A stretch of 64,000 nucleotides of DNA from Dictyostelium discoideum (lineage: Eukaryota): positions 4,768,001 through 4,832,000 of the forward strand of contig CM000151.3 of the NCBI GenBank assembly GCA_000004695.1, read 5' to 3'. Both the position numbers and the translations under genes were made by a program. This document shows, piece after piece, positions 33,228-46,060 of the stretch. Numbering within the stretch: the first letter of the stretch is position 1; each line of letters starts with the position of its first letter. Below the pieces are notes generated by a model. It saw nothing but the letters and a program-made list of their open reading frames with translations. It ran no database searches and was not told where the DNA came from.

Positions 33228-33553
33228 AATTAATTAATTTTGGCATAAAAAAAAAAAATAAAAAAAGGGTTTAAAAAAAAAAATAACAAATTCAATTAAT
33301 AATTAATTCGAATAAATTAATTGATATTTTAATAATTTTTTAATTTTTTTTTTTTTTTACTAAAATAAAATTCAATTAATGATAAAAATAGAAAAAGGAA
33401 ATTTTAAAAAAAAATAAAATAATAATAATTAATCAGAATGGAGTGAAAAAAAAAAAAAAAAAAAAAATCAAATCAATTTACCCTAAATGGTTCAACAATG
33501 TCAAATCCTTTTTCTTTAAAATCTTTCCTTAGTGATTGAATTAATTGTTCCAT
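32486..33553 (-). CDS. MMACHC (cblC) homolog, a cobalamin-processing protein, ~246 aa. Model: complement(join(32486..33154,33482..33553)) with a phase-0 intron (GTAAAT...AAAAAG)
   Basis: Exon 1 'MEQLIQSLRKDFKEKGFDIVEPFR' + exon 2 'VNDYNGAAIHKL...' parallels human MMACHC '[35 protein letters not shown]'. The core '[35 protein letters not shown]...LPPTNLLTQFEKDEMKRFTQIAIDEGWINLETRL' parallels '[24 protein letters not shown]...[32 protein letters not shown]'. Confidence 0.7.
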
Positions 33554-33686
33554 AATTATTATAATTATTATTGGTGAATTGATATTTTGAATGAGGTTGT
33601 TACTAAATTATTATCTCGTTTTTAAAACTACACATTAATGGGTTTTTTTTTTTTTTTTTTAAATTATTAAGGATAGGATTAAAATG

Positions 33687-33727
<41 letters not shown>

Positions 33728-36700
33728 AAATAAAAAAAAAATAAAAAAAATAAAAAAAAATAAAAAAATAAAAAATAAACCGTTTATTCCATTCCCAAAC
33801 CCGCAATTTTCATCACTTTTTTTTTTTTTTTTTTATTTTAAAACTTATTTGTTGAAATTGTTTATGTTTTGATTTATTTTTTTATTATTATTATTTTTTA
33901 TTTTTTTATAAATCTGGAAATTAGAAAAAGATTTATCCAAATTCTCACAGATACATAAAATCCATCAAATATCAATCTATTTTAAAAATGGTGAACCATT
34001 AATGTAAAATAAACTTTTTTTTTTTATTTTTTTTTTTTAAAAAAAAAAAAAAAAATGAAAAAAAATAAAAAAATAAAAAAATAAATAAATTGTAAAAGTA
34101 CCCATTACACGAAAAAGAATTATTTTAAAATAGTGCTCATTATTGTTGTTTTTGTTAGTTTTTAAGCACTAATAAATCCCTTTTTTTTTTTTTTTTTTTT
34201 TTTTTCTTCACACCCATTTACACATCTAGCACCAACCAAAAACCAATATTTGTAGATATACCATTAAAAATATAAAATGGGGAAAGATTGAGCTGATATC
34301 TCGCTCCAAGTTAATTCATTTTAAGAGACTTTACATATCGAATATTTTTAATTTATGATTAATTAAAAATTTTAAAATAAATAAAATAAAATAATTATTA
34401 AAAAAAAAAGATTGTAATGATTTCAAACATAAAAAAAAAATAACCCACACCAAACCAATCAAAGAATTCATGGATAGAATCTTTTTTTTTTTTTTTTTTA
34501 AATTTTATTAATTTGGTTGAATTGTTTTCCTTTTTATTTTTTTTATTAATTTAAATTATTTTTTTTACTTTATTAAAATAAAAAAAGAAAAAAAAAAAAA
34601 AAAAAATAGTGTGGACCTTTCCATTAAAATAATAACCATCAATTTTTTTTTTAAAGAAGAAAAAAAAAAAAAAAAAAAAAAAAAAGAAAAAAAAATCAAA
34701 ATAATCCCCCACTCCCCTGCCCATTACATTTTTTATAATCATTTTTTTTTTTTTTTTTAAATTTAATTCCAAAACAAAAATTAAAAAATTTTATAATAAA
34801 TCTTTATAATCCCTCTTATTGCTGAGACTAATGTAAGATATACAATTTTTTTTTTTTAAAAAATATTTTTTTTTTTTTTTTTTTTTTTTTTTACCTAAAT
34901 GGTTTGAATTTTTATGCAAAATTCCAAAATCTAAATCACAAAATAGCTGCACCGCAATCAGATAAAAAAAAAAAAATAAAAAAAAAAAAAAAAAATAAAA
35001 TAAAAACCCAATTTTGTTGAAACAAGTTTTAATTGATCATACTTTTTTTAGAAAAAAAAAAAAAAAGAAAAAATTAAAAATAAATAAAATCGGAAAGGAA
35101 AAAAAAATAAAAAAAAAAAACCTATAAAAAAAGAAAAAAAAGTTGGTTCCATTCAATACATATATGTATATTGACTCTATTTTTTCCTTTTTTTTCTTTT
35201 TCCCTTTTTTTTTTTCATTTATTTTTATTTGTTATTTCTTTAGTTAGAAACCTCAATTCAAACAAACCATTTTATGTAAATATTATTTCCTTAAAAATTT
35301 TTTTTTTTTTTTTTTTGAAACATTTTATTATTTTAAAAATTTGAATAGAATTATAATAATTATATTAATAATAATAATAATAATAGTAATAATAAAAGTA
35401 TTATAATAACTCTCTTCTCTCTCATTGTAATAAAATTATTATAAAATTAATAAAACAAATTACTATCCCCCTCTTAAACTGTTTATATTATTACTATTAT
35501 TATTATTTTTATTAATTTTTTAAAATTAAATATAATATTAGTTTAATAATTTTTTTTTTTTTTTTATTTTTTTTTTTTATTTATTATTTTAATTTTTTTT
35601 TTTTTTTTTTCTTTATTAATTTAATTTTTTTTTTTTTCCTCTTATTATTTTTTTTTAAATATTCTATTTTTAATTATTTATTTTTATTATTATTATTATT
35701 TTTATTATTATTATTTTTTTTTTTAATAATTAAAATTAATTTTTTTTAATTGGAATATCAAGTCAATTGTTTGATTTGTACTTTCTTCTTTTTCACACCA
35801 CTTATCAACTGATTTTAACTTAAATTATATTCATTGTTCTTATTTGGCAATAATTTTTTTTTTTTTTTTTGTTTTAGATTTGGAAAAACACACACTCTCA
35901 CTTAATAAATCAATAATTAACCCACAACCACATTGCCACCAACCACAAATACCTCACCAACCCACAAAAAAATACAATACCACTAAAAACCAATTATAAA
36001 GCCTTGTATTATTATTATAATTTTTTATTATAAATTTTCTTAATAATTATTATTATTTTAAATTTTATTTTTTTATTTTTTTTATTTTTTTTTTTAAAAA
36101 AATAAATACTAATCAAACATTTCACACCCCCTACATTTTCTTAATATTTTAATCAAAAAAAAAAAAACAACTACAAAATTATTTATAAATATAGGGTTTA
36201 ACCTTTGGTAAGTTTTATCTATATTAAACCAAATTCTATCTATCTGTTTTTTTATTTTTTTTTTATTTTTTTTTTTTTTTATTTTTTATTTTTTTTTTGT
36301 TTGGTGACCCTTGATTATTGTGTAAAATACATTAATTTTGAGGCATAGTGTTTTTTGTGCTTTCTATCTTTATTGTAGGTTGTTGTTTGTTGAACAACAC
36401 TACCATCATTAAATAAAGATATTTTTCATGATTTAAAAAAAAAAAAAAAAAAAATTCAAAAATAAAAAAAAAATGTGATTTCGGTGAAATAAACCACAAT
36501 TCAACACTTTTACAAATTTAAAAGCACTCAATTTATTTTATTTTATTATTATTATTATTATTTTTTTTTTTTTTTAATCATATTCAATATTCAATATTGA
36601 TTTTAAAAAAAAATCATTAATTGTGGAAATAAAAACTAATAATAAAAAAAAAAAAAAAAAAAATAAAAAAAAAAAAAAAAAAAAAAAAGTTTTAATAATC

Positions 36701-37093
36701 AAAAAAAAAAAAAAAAAAACCACACAGGACACACACAAACTATAAATATTTATTATAAAACTTTCAAATTCTTGTCATCAAAAAAAAAAAAAAAAAACAA
36801 AATTTAAAAAAAAAAAAAAAAATTAAATTTAAACACCATTTATGATCAATGTCTAAATAGTATTTTTAAAAATAAAAATAAAAAATAAAAATTAAAAAAA
36901 AAAAATCAAAAAAAAAAAAAAAACAATTTAATATAAATAATAAATTGTTTGAATAAATTAAATAAATTTGGCAATAACATAAATATATACATATTTAATA
37001 AAATTAATTAATTACCCAACACCACAAAAAACAAACACTAAAAAAAACACAGACACAACTTGTACATCTTTTAATTAGAATAGGGAGGAAAAT

Positions 37094-37125
<32 letters not shown>

Positions 37126-37539
37126 TAAAAATAATAAAAATAATAAAAATAAAAATAATAACAAAAAAATAAGAATAAGGAAATAAAAAAAAAAAAAAAA
37201 AAAAAAAAGTATATTTATATTATACATTCTTTCATTCGTTTATTCAGACTTTTATTTTATTATTTTTTTAAAATTATTTATTTTTTTCATTTCTATTTTT
37301 TTATAAATTATTATTAGTATTTAATATTAATATTATTTTTTTATTTTATTTATTTAATAATTTATTTTTTTATTTATTATTATTTTTTTTTTTTAAATCT
37401 CCTTCCCCCTTTTTTTTTTTTCTTTCAAAAATAACTTTTTACGCATTACTTAAACTATTTATTTATTTATTTGTACATAATACAAATAAAATAATAATAA
37501 TAATAATAATAACAACAACTAATTTTTTTAAAAAATAAT

Positions 37540-37579
<40 letters not shown>

Positions 37580-37682
37580 TACAAACAACCAAAAGTAGCA
37601 ATAACAAATTTCACAACAAGCAAAAACAATAATAAAATAAACATCAAAAACAAGAAAAAAAATATTTATATATATATAAAAA

Positions 37683-37978
37683 ATGATTGTCGAAGTTGAA
37701 TTAGGATTTTTATTATCAACATTATTTTTTACAATTATTTCAATTATTTTATTTTATTTTTTTATTAATAATAAAAATAATTTAATTGATCAATGCCAAG
37801 AAGTAACAAAATTAAATAATAAAGATAATAAAATTGTAAATAATAATAATAATAATTATAATAATAATAATTTTAATAAAATTGAAGAAATTAATGATGA
37901 TAAAAATAAAGAAATTATAAAATTAATTAATAATAGTAATAATAAAAATTTAAAAATTAAAATCCAAGAAATAGATAG

Positions 37979-38030
<52 letters not shown>

Positions 38031-40419
38031 TTAAATAAAAATAGTAATGAAATTTTTAGAAATTTTAAAATATTTAGTGGTTCACTTTTAGTTATTGATC
38101 AAGATTTAAATATTATATCATCATCCGAGAGTGTTAGAGATATTTTCTCAAATATTAATGATATTAATGGTGTGAATCAACAAGTAATTGGTAGTTTACA
38201 AAATTATAGTTTCATAAATTTAGTTCATCAAAAAGATAAAGATAGAGTTTCAACATTTTTAAAATTAAAATTTAAAAATAATAATAATATTAAACATCAA
38301 CAATTTTCTGAAGATATTATTAATGAAAAAGATGAATTAAAAGAAATTCAAATTGAAGATAATAAAGAATTAATTATTATCAATAATAATAATAATAATA
38401 ATAATGATAATGTATTAAAATTTGGAAATAATAATAGTAATAATAGTAGTATTATATTATTTCAAGGAGTTTATCATTTAAATAATACAGATTTATCAAA
38501 ACCATTTAATTTACAAGTTTCAATTTTACCATTTATTTCTGAAAATTATATTGTATTATCATTAAAAGATTTATCACCACCACCATTAAGATTACTTTTA
38601 AATAAAACTTCTTCTGCATTATCACCAAGATCATTATCATCATCTTCATCTTCATCACCATCATCATCGAATAATAATGGTAATACAAACAATAGTGGAT
38701 CATTATCACCAAGATCTTCAAATTCAAATGGTAGTGCAGTTTCACCAAGAAATGTTTCAAGTAATTCAATGTCACCAAGAGGTCAAAATAGTGATCGTAG
38801 TATTTCATCACCAAGAGGTTCATCATCGTCGTCGTCATCATCATCAAATGAATTAGCAATTTCACCTAGAAATAGTAATGGTACAATTTCATCACCAAGA
38901 ACATCAAATCTTTCAATTGAAAGTGTATTAAATAATAAATCAATTGATATGATTTCACATTTATCACATGAACTTAGAACACCAATTCATTCAGTTATTG
39001 CATCTATTCAATTGTTTAGATCAACCATTTTAACAGTTACTCAAAATGAATATTTATCAATTATAGATACATCAGCCAATACATTATTGGAATTGGTATC
39101 CAATGTATTAGATTATAAAAGAATTAGATCAGGAAAGTTAACATTGAATAATGTTGATTTTAATCTTTGTCATGTGATTGAAGATGTTTGTGCAATGGTA
39201 AGTCCACAAGCTCAAGCAAAATCATTACAAATCGCCTCATTTATCTTTATTCATTGTCCATTGAGTTTCTATGGTGATCCAATTAGATTAAGACAAGTTT
39301 TATTGAATTTAATTGGCAATGGTTTAAAGTACACTAATAAAGGTCAAGTTTGTATCTCTGTTGAGCCTGAACAAGTAAATGAACATTGTATGTATTTACA
39401 TTTCCAAGTTAAAGATAGTGGTATCGGTATAAAGGAGGAGAATATGTCAAAATTATTCGCTGGCTTCTCTCAAGTTAATAATGGTGGTACCACACAAGAG
39501 GCATTGGGAAGTGGTTTGGGTTTGGCAATATCCAAGGATTTAGTAGAGTTAATGGGTGGTAAAATTTGGTGTTCTTCAAATGCCACTCAAAATAATGGTG
39601 AAGCTGGTTGTACATTCCATTTCGTTATACCATTGGAAACCAATCCAAAACAATTACCATGTCCAATTCAAAATTTCAATGGTTTATCAGTATTGGTTGT
39701 CGATAAAAATCCATATATTCAAACTGTACTTTGTCAATATTTAGAGGGTTGGAATTGTCAAGTCATTAAAAGTTCCGATATAAAAGAGGCATCAAATAAA
39801 TTAAAAGATCTAAGAAGAGAACAAATTGAAGTGGTTATGATTGATATCGATAATATCGATTTCCGTGATTTCATTCAATTTAAAGATGCTTTTAATCGTT
39901 TGGAATTCGGTAGAATCGGTTTAATTACAATGTCAAGTGATAGATCAATGGTAAATGAAATGGGTTTTGGCACTTCAAAATTAACAAAACCATTCCGTCA
40001 ATCTCATTTAGTAGCTTGTCTATTAGCTAGTATGCCTGAACATTCTTCATCAACTACAAATTGTTTTTCAAATATTGTTGGTATGAATAGTAATATTAAT
40101 AATAATAATAATATTAATAATAATAGTAATAATAATAACAATAATATGCAAACTCATAATAGTAATAGTGTTTATGGTAATGGTAATTATGGTAATTGTA
40201 CTCCATTCTCAAATAACAACAATAGAATTCATATGATGAGTTCAGGTGATAAACCAAGTATTAATAATAGAAGAATGTCAATCTCATTGGGTAAAATTCC
40301 AACTTTTAATTCTGGTGGTTCAAATTCACCAAGAAGTAAAAAATTATTTGAGGAAGTTTTACAACAACAACAACTTCAACAACAACTTCAACAACAACTT
40401 CAACAACAACAACAACTTC

Positions 40420-40470
<51 letters not shown>

Positions 40471-41360
40471 TACAACAACAACAACAACAATTAAATACAA
40501 TTGATGATGATTCAAATAATTATTGTAATACAACAGGTACTATGGATAGTATTGATGAAATTAATAAAAATAATTATAGTGATAGTGAAAGTGATGAATT
40601 AAATGATGATCAAGCACCAATTATAGCACCAGTTCAACAATTATCATTTGGTCGTGTTACTAGAAGACATTCTATTGATATTATTATGTTTGAAAATTCT
40701 AGAGAATTATCAGAATTAAGAAATCTTGAAGATTCAACTAGATATTTGTCACCACGTTCAATGAATAATAATAATGGTAATAATGATAATGGTATCAATG
40801 GTGGTAGTGGAAACTCATTATTTGGATCATCAATTAAAGAAGAGATTGGTGGTACTTCTGATACAAGTTCATTAGCACAATCACCAAATTCATTATCACC
40901 AAGAGCCCCAACAAAGATTATGATATTAGATGATAATCCAGTTAGCTTAAAATTAATGCAACGTATCTTGGAAAGTCGTGGATTCGAATGTTATCCATTC
41001 GATTGCTCAGAGAAAGCCGTTGCTCAATTGGATCAAGTTAATCCTGCCATCATTTTCATGGATTGTGAAATGCCAAAAATGAATGGTTTCGAATGTACTC
41101 AATTAATAAGAAAGAGGGAACAAGAATCACTTTGTCTATTAAAAGATCGTAAGATTATTATTGCTTTGACTGCTCATATTAATCCTGAAATTCAAGTTAA
41201 ATGTTTCGATGCTGGTATGAATGATTTCATCTCAAAACCATTCAAACCACAATGCTTAGAATTAATCCTTAGAAAATGGGAAGATTGTATAAGTAATAAT
41301 CAATTAAATTATAACAATAGTTTAATTAATAATCAAACTACAATTCAAGAGCAAGTTTAA
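37683..41360 (+). CDS. Hybrid sensor histidine kinase (Dictyostelium dhk family): N-terminal TM segment, HisKA + HATPase_c, and a C-terminal receiver domain; 1,225 aa, single exon
   Basis: H box 'ISHLSHELRTPIHSVIASIQLF'; N box 'LLNLIGNGLKYT'; G1 'KDSGIGI'; G2 'GSGLGLAISKDLVELMGGKIW'. The receiver reads 'KIMILDDNPVSLKLMQRILESRGFECYPFDCSEKAVAQLDQVNPAIIFMDCEMPKMNGFECTQLIRK...ALTAHINPE' with the phospho-accepting Asp in 'IFMDCEMP'. Ser-rich and poly-Q linkers are present. I cannot tell which dhk paralog this is. Confidence 0.85.
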
Positions 41361-41429
<69 letters not shown>

Positions 41430-41625
41430 GACTCATAGTGTATTTTTAATTTTATAAAAAAAAAAAAAAAAAAAATTTGTAAATAATGGTAATAATAATA
41501 AAAAAAAAAATTAATATGTTTGTTCGAAATTTTTAATTAAACAAATAAACAAAAAATAATATTGTAAATAAATAAAAAATAACAATTAAAATTATTTTAA
41601 TTTTCTTTAAATATATTTTTTTATA

Positions 41626-41666
<41 letters not shown>

Positions 41667-41754
41667 TTCAAAAATACGATATATGTTAAAATATTTATCT
41701 TTTTTAATTTTAATTTTTTTTTTTTTATTTTTATTTTTTTTTTATTTGATTTTT

Positions 41755-42120
41755 TTAATTAATAACATCAATAATATTAAATATTGCTGGTTGTTCACTT
41801 TTATTAATATATCCAAAATTAAAATATGTACCATTCTTTAGACCCCCATTTTGACTAATATATTTTGGAAATGAAAATTTATTTGATGAGATTTGTTCTA
41901 CAGACCATACATTTTCCAATTCTAAATTTGATACACCAACAATGGTTGCCCCAAACACTATGGCTTTTCCAGTATTTCTTACCCTTACATCCCAGACTGA
42001 GAATGGTTGACCATTATGATTCCAAGAACTTGTTAGTGCTTGTGATATGGTTAATTGTTGACTAATTACTAATGAAAAAAGGGCAAAGAAAAATAAAATT
42101 AAGAATAATTTTTTGGACAT
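41755..42120 (-). CDS. Small secreted protein (121 aa) consisting of a signal peptide plus a CBM2/CBM49-like carbohydrate (cellulose)-binding beta-sandwich module
   Basis: Signal peptide is 'MSKKLFLILFFFALFSLVISQQ'. The mature part 'SSWNHNGQPFSVWDVRVRNTGKAIVFGATIV...NVWSVEQISSNKFSFPKYISQNGGLKNGTYFNFGYINKSEQPAIFNI' aligns with bacterial CBM2a 'SQWNGGFQAEVTVTNTGSSAINGWTVTF...LWNGTLSQSGSNVTVTNASWNGTIAPGASVSFGFNGSYSGSNPTPAVFTLN'. The family call is by pattern only. Confidence 0.5.
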   Translation of the reverse strand: MSKKLFLILFFFALFSLVISQQLTISQALTSSWNHNGQPFSVWDVRVRNTGKAIVFGATIVGVSNLELENVWSVEQISSNKFSFPKYISQNGGLKNGTYFNFGYINKSEQPAIFNIIDVIN

Positions 42121-42228
42121 TGCTTTTTTTTTTTTTTTTTTATATAATTTTATTTTTTTAATAAACTTTTCTTTTTATTTCTAAATTGTTTGTTTGATTA
42201 ATAAAAATAAAAAAAAAATTGTTTAAAT

Positions 42229-42267
<39 letters not shown>

Positions 42268-42740
42268 CCAACTAAATTTATTTGGTTTTTTTTTTTTAAA
42301 ATAATTATTTTACTATAATAAGTAAACCACATAATTTAGGTAAAAAAACACACACCTCAAAATGGATTTTGTTTGTAATTTTAAATTAAAAATAAAAGAA
42401 TTAAAAAAATCATTTTTTAAAATCAACAAAAAACTTTTTTTGTTTTTTCAAACACACCACCAAAAAACAATTTTTTTTTCATTATGATGTTACCTATATT
42501 TTATAAAAATTAATAATTAAAATGAAAAAATATGGGAATTGTTTGGAAAAAACTTTTTTTAAAAAAAAAAACAATTCGGTTAATAATTATTTATTAATTT
42601 TTTTAAATTGTTTAATTGTTAATTTTAAAATTAAATCAAGTGATTGAAAATGGGGGGTACTGAATTCATTTTTTTTTTTTTTCCATTTCTATTTCATTTT
42701 CCTTTTTTTTTTTTTTATTTTTTTATTTTTTTTTTTTTTT

Positions 42741-44557
42741 CTAATTACCAAAATAAAAATTTGAAAAAATAACTAAAACTATTAAAATTGATAAAGTGAT
42801 TAAACAAATTTGTGCAATAATTTTTGAGTATCTTCTTGGAATTAATGATAAACTTTTAAAGTGATTAGTTGTAATATTAGTATTTTCTTCAGTATCTCTT
42901 GTTTCAAGTGAAAGTTCTTTTAATATCTTTTCTTGTTCTGGTGTAAAAAAACTTTCATAATTTTCACCATTTGTAAAACCTTCTTCAATATTATTTAATT
43001 CTATTTGATTTGATTCTAGTCCTTCTTTTCCTTGTTTTTGTTTATTATTTATTTTATTTTCAAATTTTTGTTGTTTATTATAATTATTTAATTTATTTTT
43101 AAAGTTTAAAGATTTTATATAAAGAATAAATGGTATAATGAAATTTGCAATTGAACCAAAGAATAAAGAAGAATAATTTGAAATTATATTTAACCAATCA
43201 CCAGTTTGAAATGGAATTACAATTAACCAAGGTAAAACTATTGAAATTAAATTTGCAATCCAAGTTGGAAAGAATTTATTTTGAGTTAAATTATATCGTA
43301 CAATGATTGAAAAAACTGGTATTGTACTTGCCAATACAATAAAAGGGAATAAATAAACTGATAATTTTGAAAATATATTTGCTTTTTTAGATAAATTAAT
43401 TAAACTAAGAATGGTGGAATTTGGAGACATTGAAGAGAAAGTTAATGCACCAAATACACCAACAATAATGAATAATACCGTTGAAAAACTTGTTGAAATC
43501 CAAACTGATCTTTTTAAATTAACATTTGGTTTAGACTCATTTACCCATGATGGTATAGTTGTAATGAATGCATAATTAAACATACAATTACCAATGATTT
43601 GTGATATACCACTCATATGGTTACCAATAGTTGGTAAATTATCAGTTGATAATCCAATCAAAATGAAAATAACAACCCAACTAATTACAATTACCAACAT
43701 AATGATAACACATGCAATTTGTATGATTATATTATCATTTAAATTAAAGAATGCCAATGGTACAACCAGAACTAGTATAGCTAAATAACCAATTGTTATA
43801 AACATATAATCATCTTGAAATGGTGATCCACCATCACCACTATTCTCAATTACACATATCCACCCATTGGAAAAAGAGATCCCACATGTTTTTTTGAAAA
43901 TAAATACCATTAAACTATCGAAAACTTGTGAACATATGATAATACTTGCAATATTTGTAATGATTAAACTTATATTTATAAATAATTGTGATACTAAATA
44001 CATTGATTTACCAAAATAAAATCTACATATCATTGTAAACTCTATACGTAATGCAAATTTATTATTTCCTGGAATCATTGACATTGATTCTATTATAAAT
44101 AATGCCGATATTCCACTTAAACCTAACATTAAAATATATCCTAATAATGATAAAAACCATCCACCTTGTTGAAATTGATAACTAATATTAACCATTCCTG
44201 GTCCTGTACAATTACCAATTAATAAACATATTCCACCAATTGTTCCACTTTTTTTTTAATTTTTTTTTTAAAACAAATTAATTTTTTTTTTTTTTATATA
44301 ATTTATTAAAATTAATAATAATATATTTATATATATTAATTATATACATACATTGATTTTAAACCAAATTTTTTTTTAAAATCTTCATCTTTTTGTGGGT
44401 TTGGAAAATTCTCTAAAATTTCTTCAGTTGATGATATTGAAGAAGATGAAGTATTTGCTGTATCGTTTGTTGAAATTATTGTTGTTCCACCAGAAGTTTT
44501 TGTTGGATTGGGAAATGAAATTAATTCAACATTTTCATTTGTATTTAAATCACTCAT
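42741..44557 (-). CDS. Transmembrane amino-acid transporter (Aa_trans/SLC38-like), ~570 aa. Model: complement(join(42741..44247,44352..44557)) with a phase-2 intron (AT|GTATGT...AAAAAAAAAG|T)
   Basis: There is a cytosolic N-terminus, then 'GTIGGICLLIGNCTGPGMVNISYQFQQGGW' (the Aa_trans TM1 GxG signature), followed by ~10-11 hydrophobic helices. The C-terminal tail is Asn/Lys-rich. Confidence 0.7.
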
Positions 44558-44751
44558 AATACAAATTATTCTTTTTTTTTTTTGATTTTTTTTTGATTTT
44601 TAAAAAAAATAATAATAAAAATAATAATAATAATAAAAATAATAATAATAATAAAAAAAATAATAATAATTTTTTAATAAATAACAATAACAATAAATAA
44701 AAAATAAAAAAATAATTTTAATATTAAAAAATAAAAATTAACAATATTTTT

Positions 44752-44786
<35 letters not shown>

Positions 44787-45639
44787 TGTTATTGTTTAAT
44801 TGCAGTTTTAAATTGTTTTTTTTTTTTTCAATCGCTAATTAAAAAAATGATAGTGGGGAAAAAAAGGGATAAATGGGGTATGAAAGTTGGAAAAATGATG
44901 ATTTTATTGTAATTATTAATATTTTTTTATTTTTTTTTTTGTGTGTGTGTTTTTTTTTTTATTTTTTAATTTTTTTGTTTTTATTTTTAAAACAATATTA
45001 TAAACAACCCAAACCAAATGTGGATCATATTTAAATAATTAAGATTCGTTAGTGATGACTCACACTAAAAAAAAATTAATAGAAAAAAAAAAAAAAAAAA
45101 AAAGAAAAAAAAAGAACAAAAAAAATAAAAAAAAAATAAAAAGACAAAACAAAAATTGATTTTAAGAAATTCAGAAATTCAGAAAAAAGAAAAAAAAAAC
45201 ATTGGTAAAAATTAAAAAGACAAAACAAAAATTGATTTTAAGAAATTCAGAGAAAAAAAAGTAAATGATGATGTTGGAGTACATTTTACACAAAGCACCA
45301 TTTTAATATTATTATTATTATTAATTGATTGTTGTTAAGTTGGTTTAATTCTGATGCATTAATTTAAGTTGAGAGTGGATTAAGTTTTGGTTCAGTTGAA
45401 ATGGGTAATTAATATTTTTTGAAAAAAAAAATATTAATAAGAAAGGATCATTTTCATTTAAATTTTAAAAAACAGAAAAAAAAATTTCAGATTATAATAA
45501 TTTAATATAAATTAGTTAATTAATTGTAAAAAAAAAAAAAATTAAAAAAAATTATAAAAAGTACTTTTTTTTATCTTTGGTAATTATTATTATTTGAATT
45601 TATTTATTAAAAACATAAATAAAAAATTCTAATGTGTGT

Positions 45640-45691
<52 letters not shown>

Positions 45692-45751
45692 GATTAAATC
45701 AAGATTTTAAATTTTTAATCTGGTTTATTTTTTTTATTGAAATTTTATTTA

Positions 45752-45884
45752 TTAACATGAAACTGTTCTATAAATATCCTCGTGCCAAACAAATACATTA
45801 CGTCCACAAGTCATTAACTCTGGTGAAGTTGTACAATTTGTTGGATAGTCTTCGCAATACTATGAAAAATATTAAAAAAAATAT

Positions 45885-45915
<31 letters not shown>

Positions 45916-46016
45916 TTTTAACTATTATCGTTTTTTAAAATTAATTTCAATAAAACTTACCAATACTGATGCTGAAATTAAAAAAATAATTAAATTGGAA
46001 ATTTAAATCGTGTGTT

Positions 46017-46060
<44 letters not shown>

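Noticed and set aside
38533-40533. Minus ORFs 38533..38865 and 40306..40533, and plus ORFs 39556..39744 and 40246..40494, inside the histidine kinase gene
   Set aside because: They are off-frame or antisense readings of AT-rich and (CAA)n segments. The 1,225-aa kinase ORF is continuous and motif-complete.
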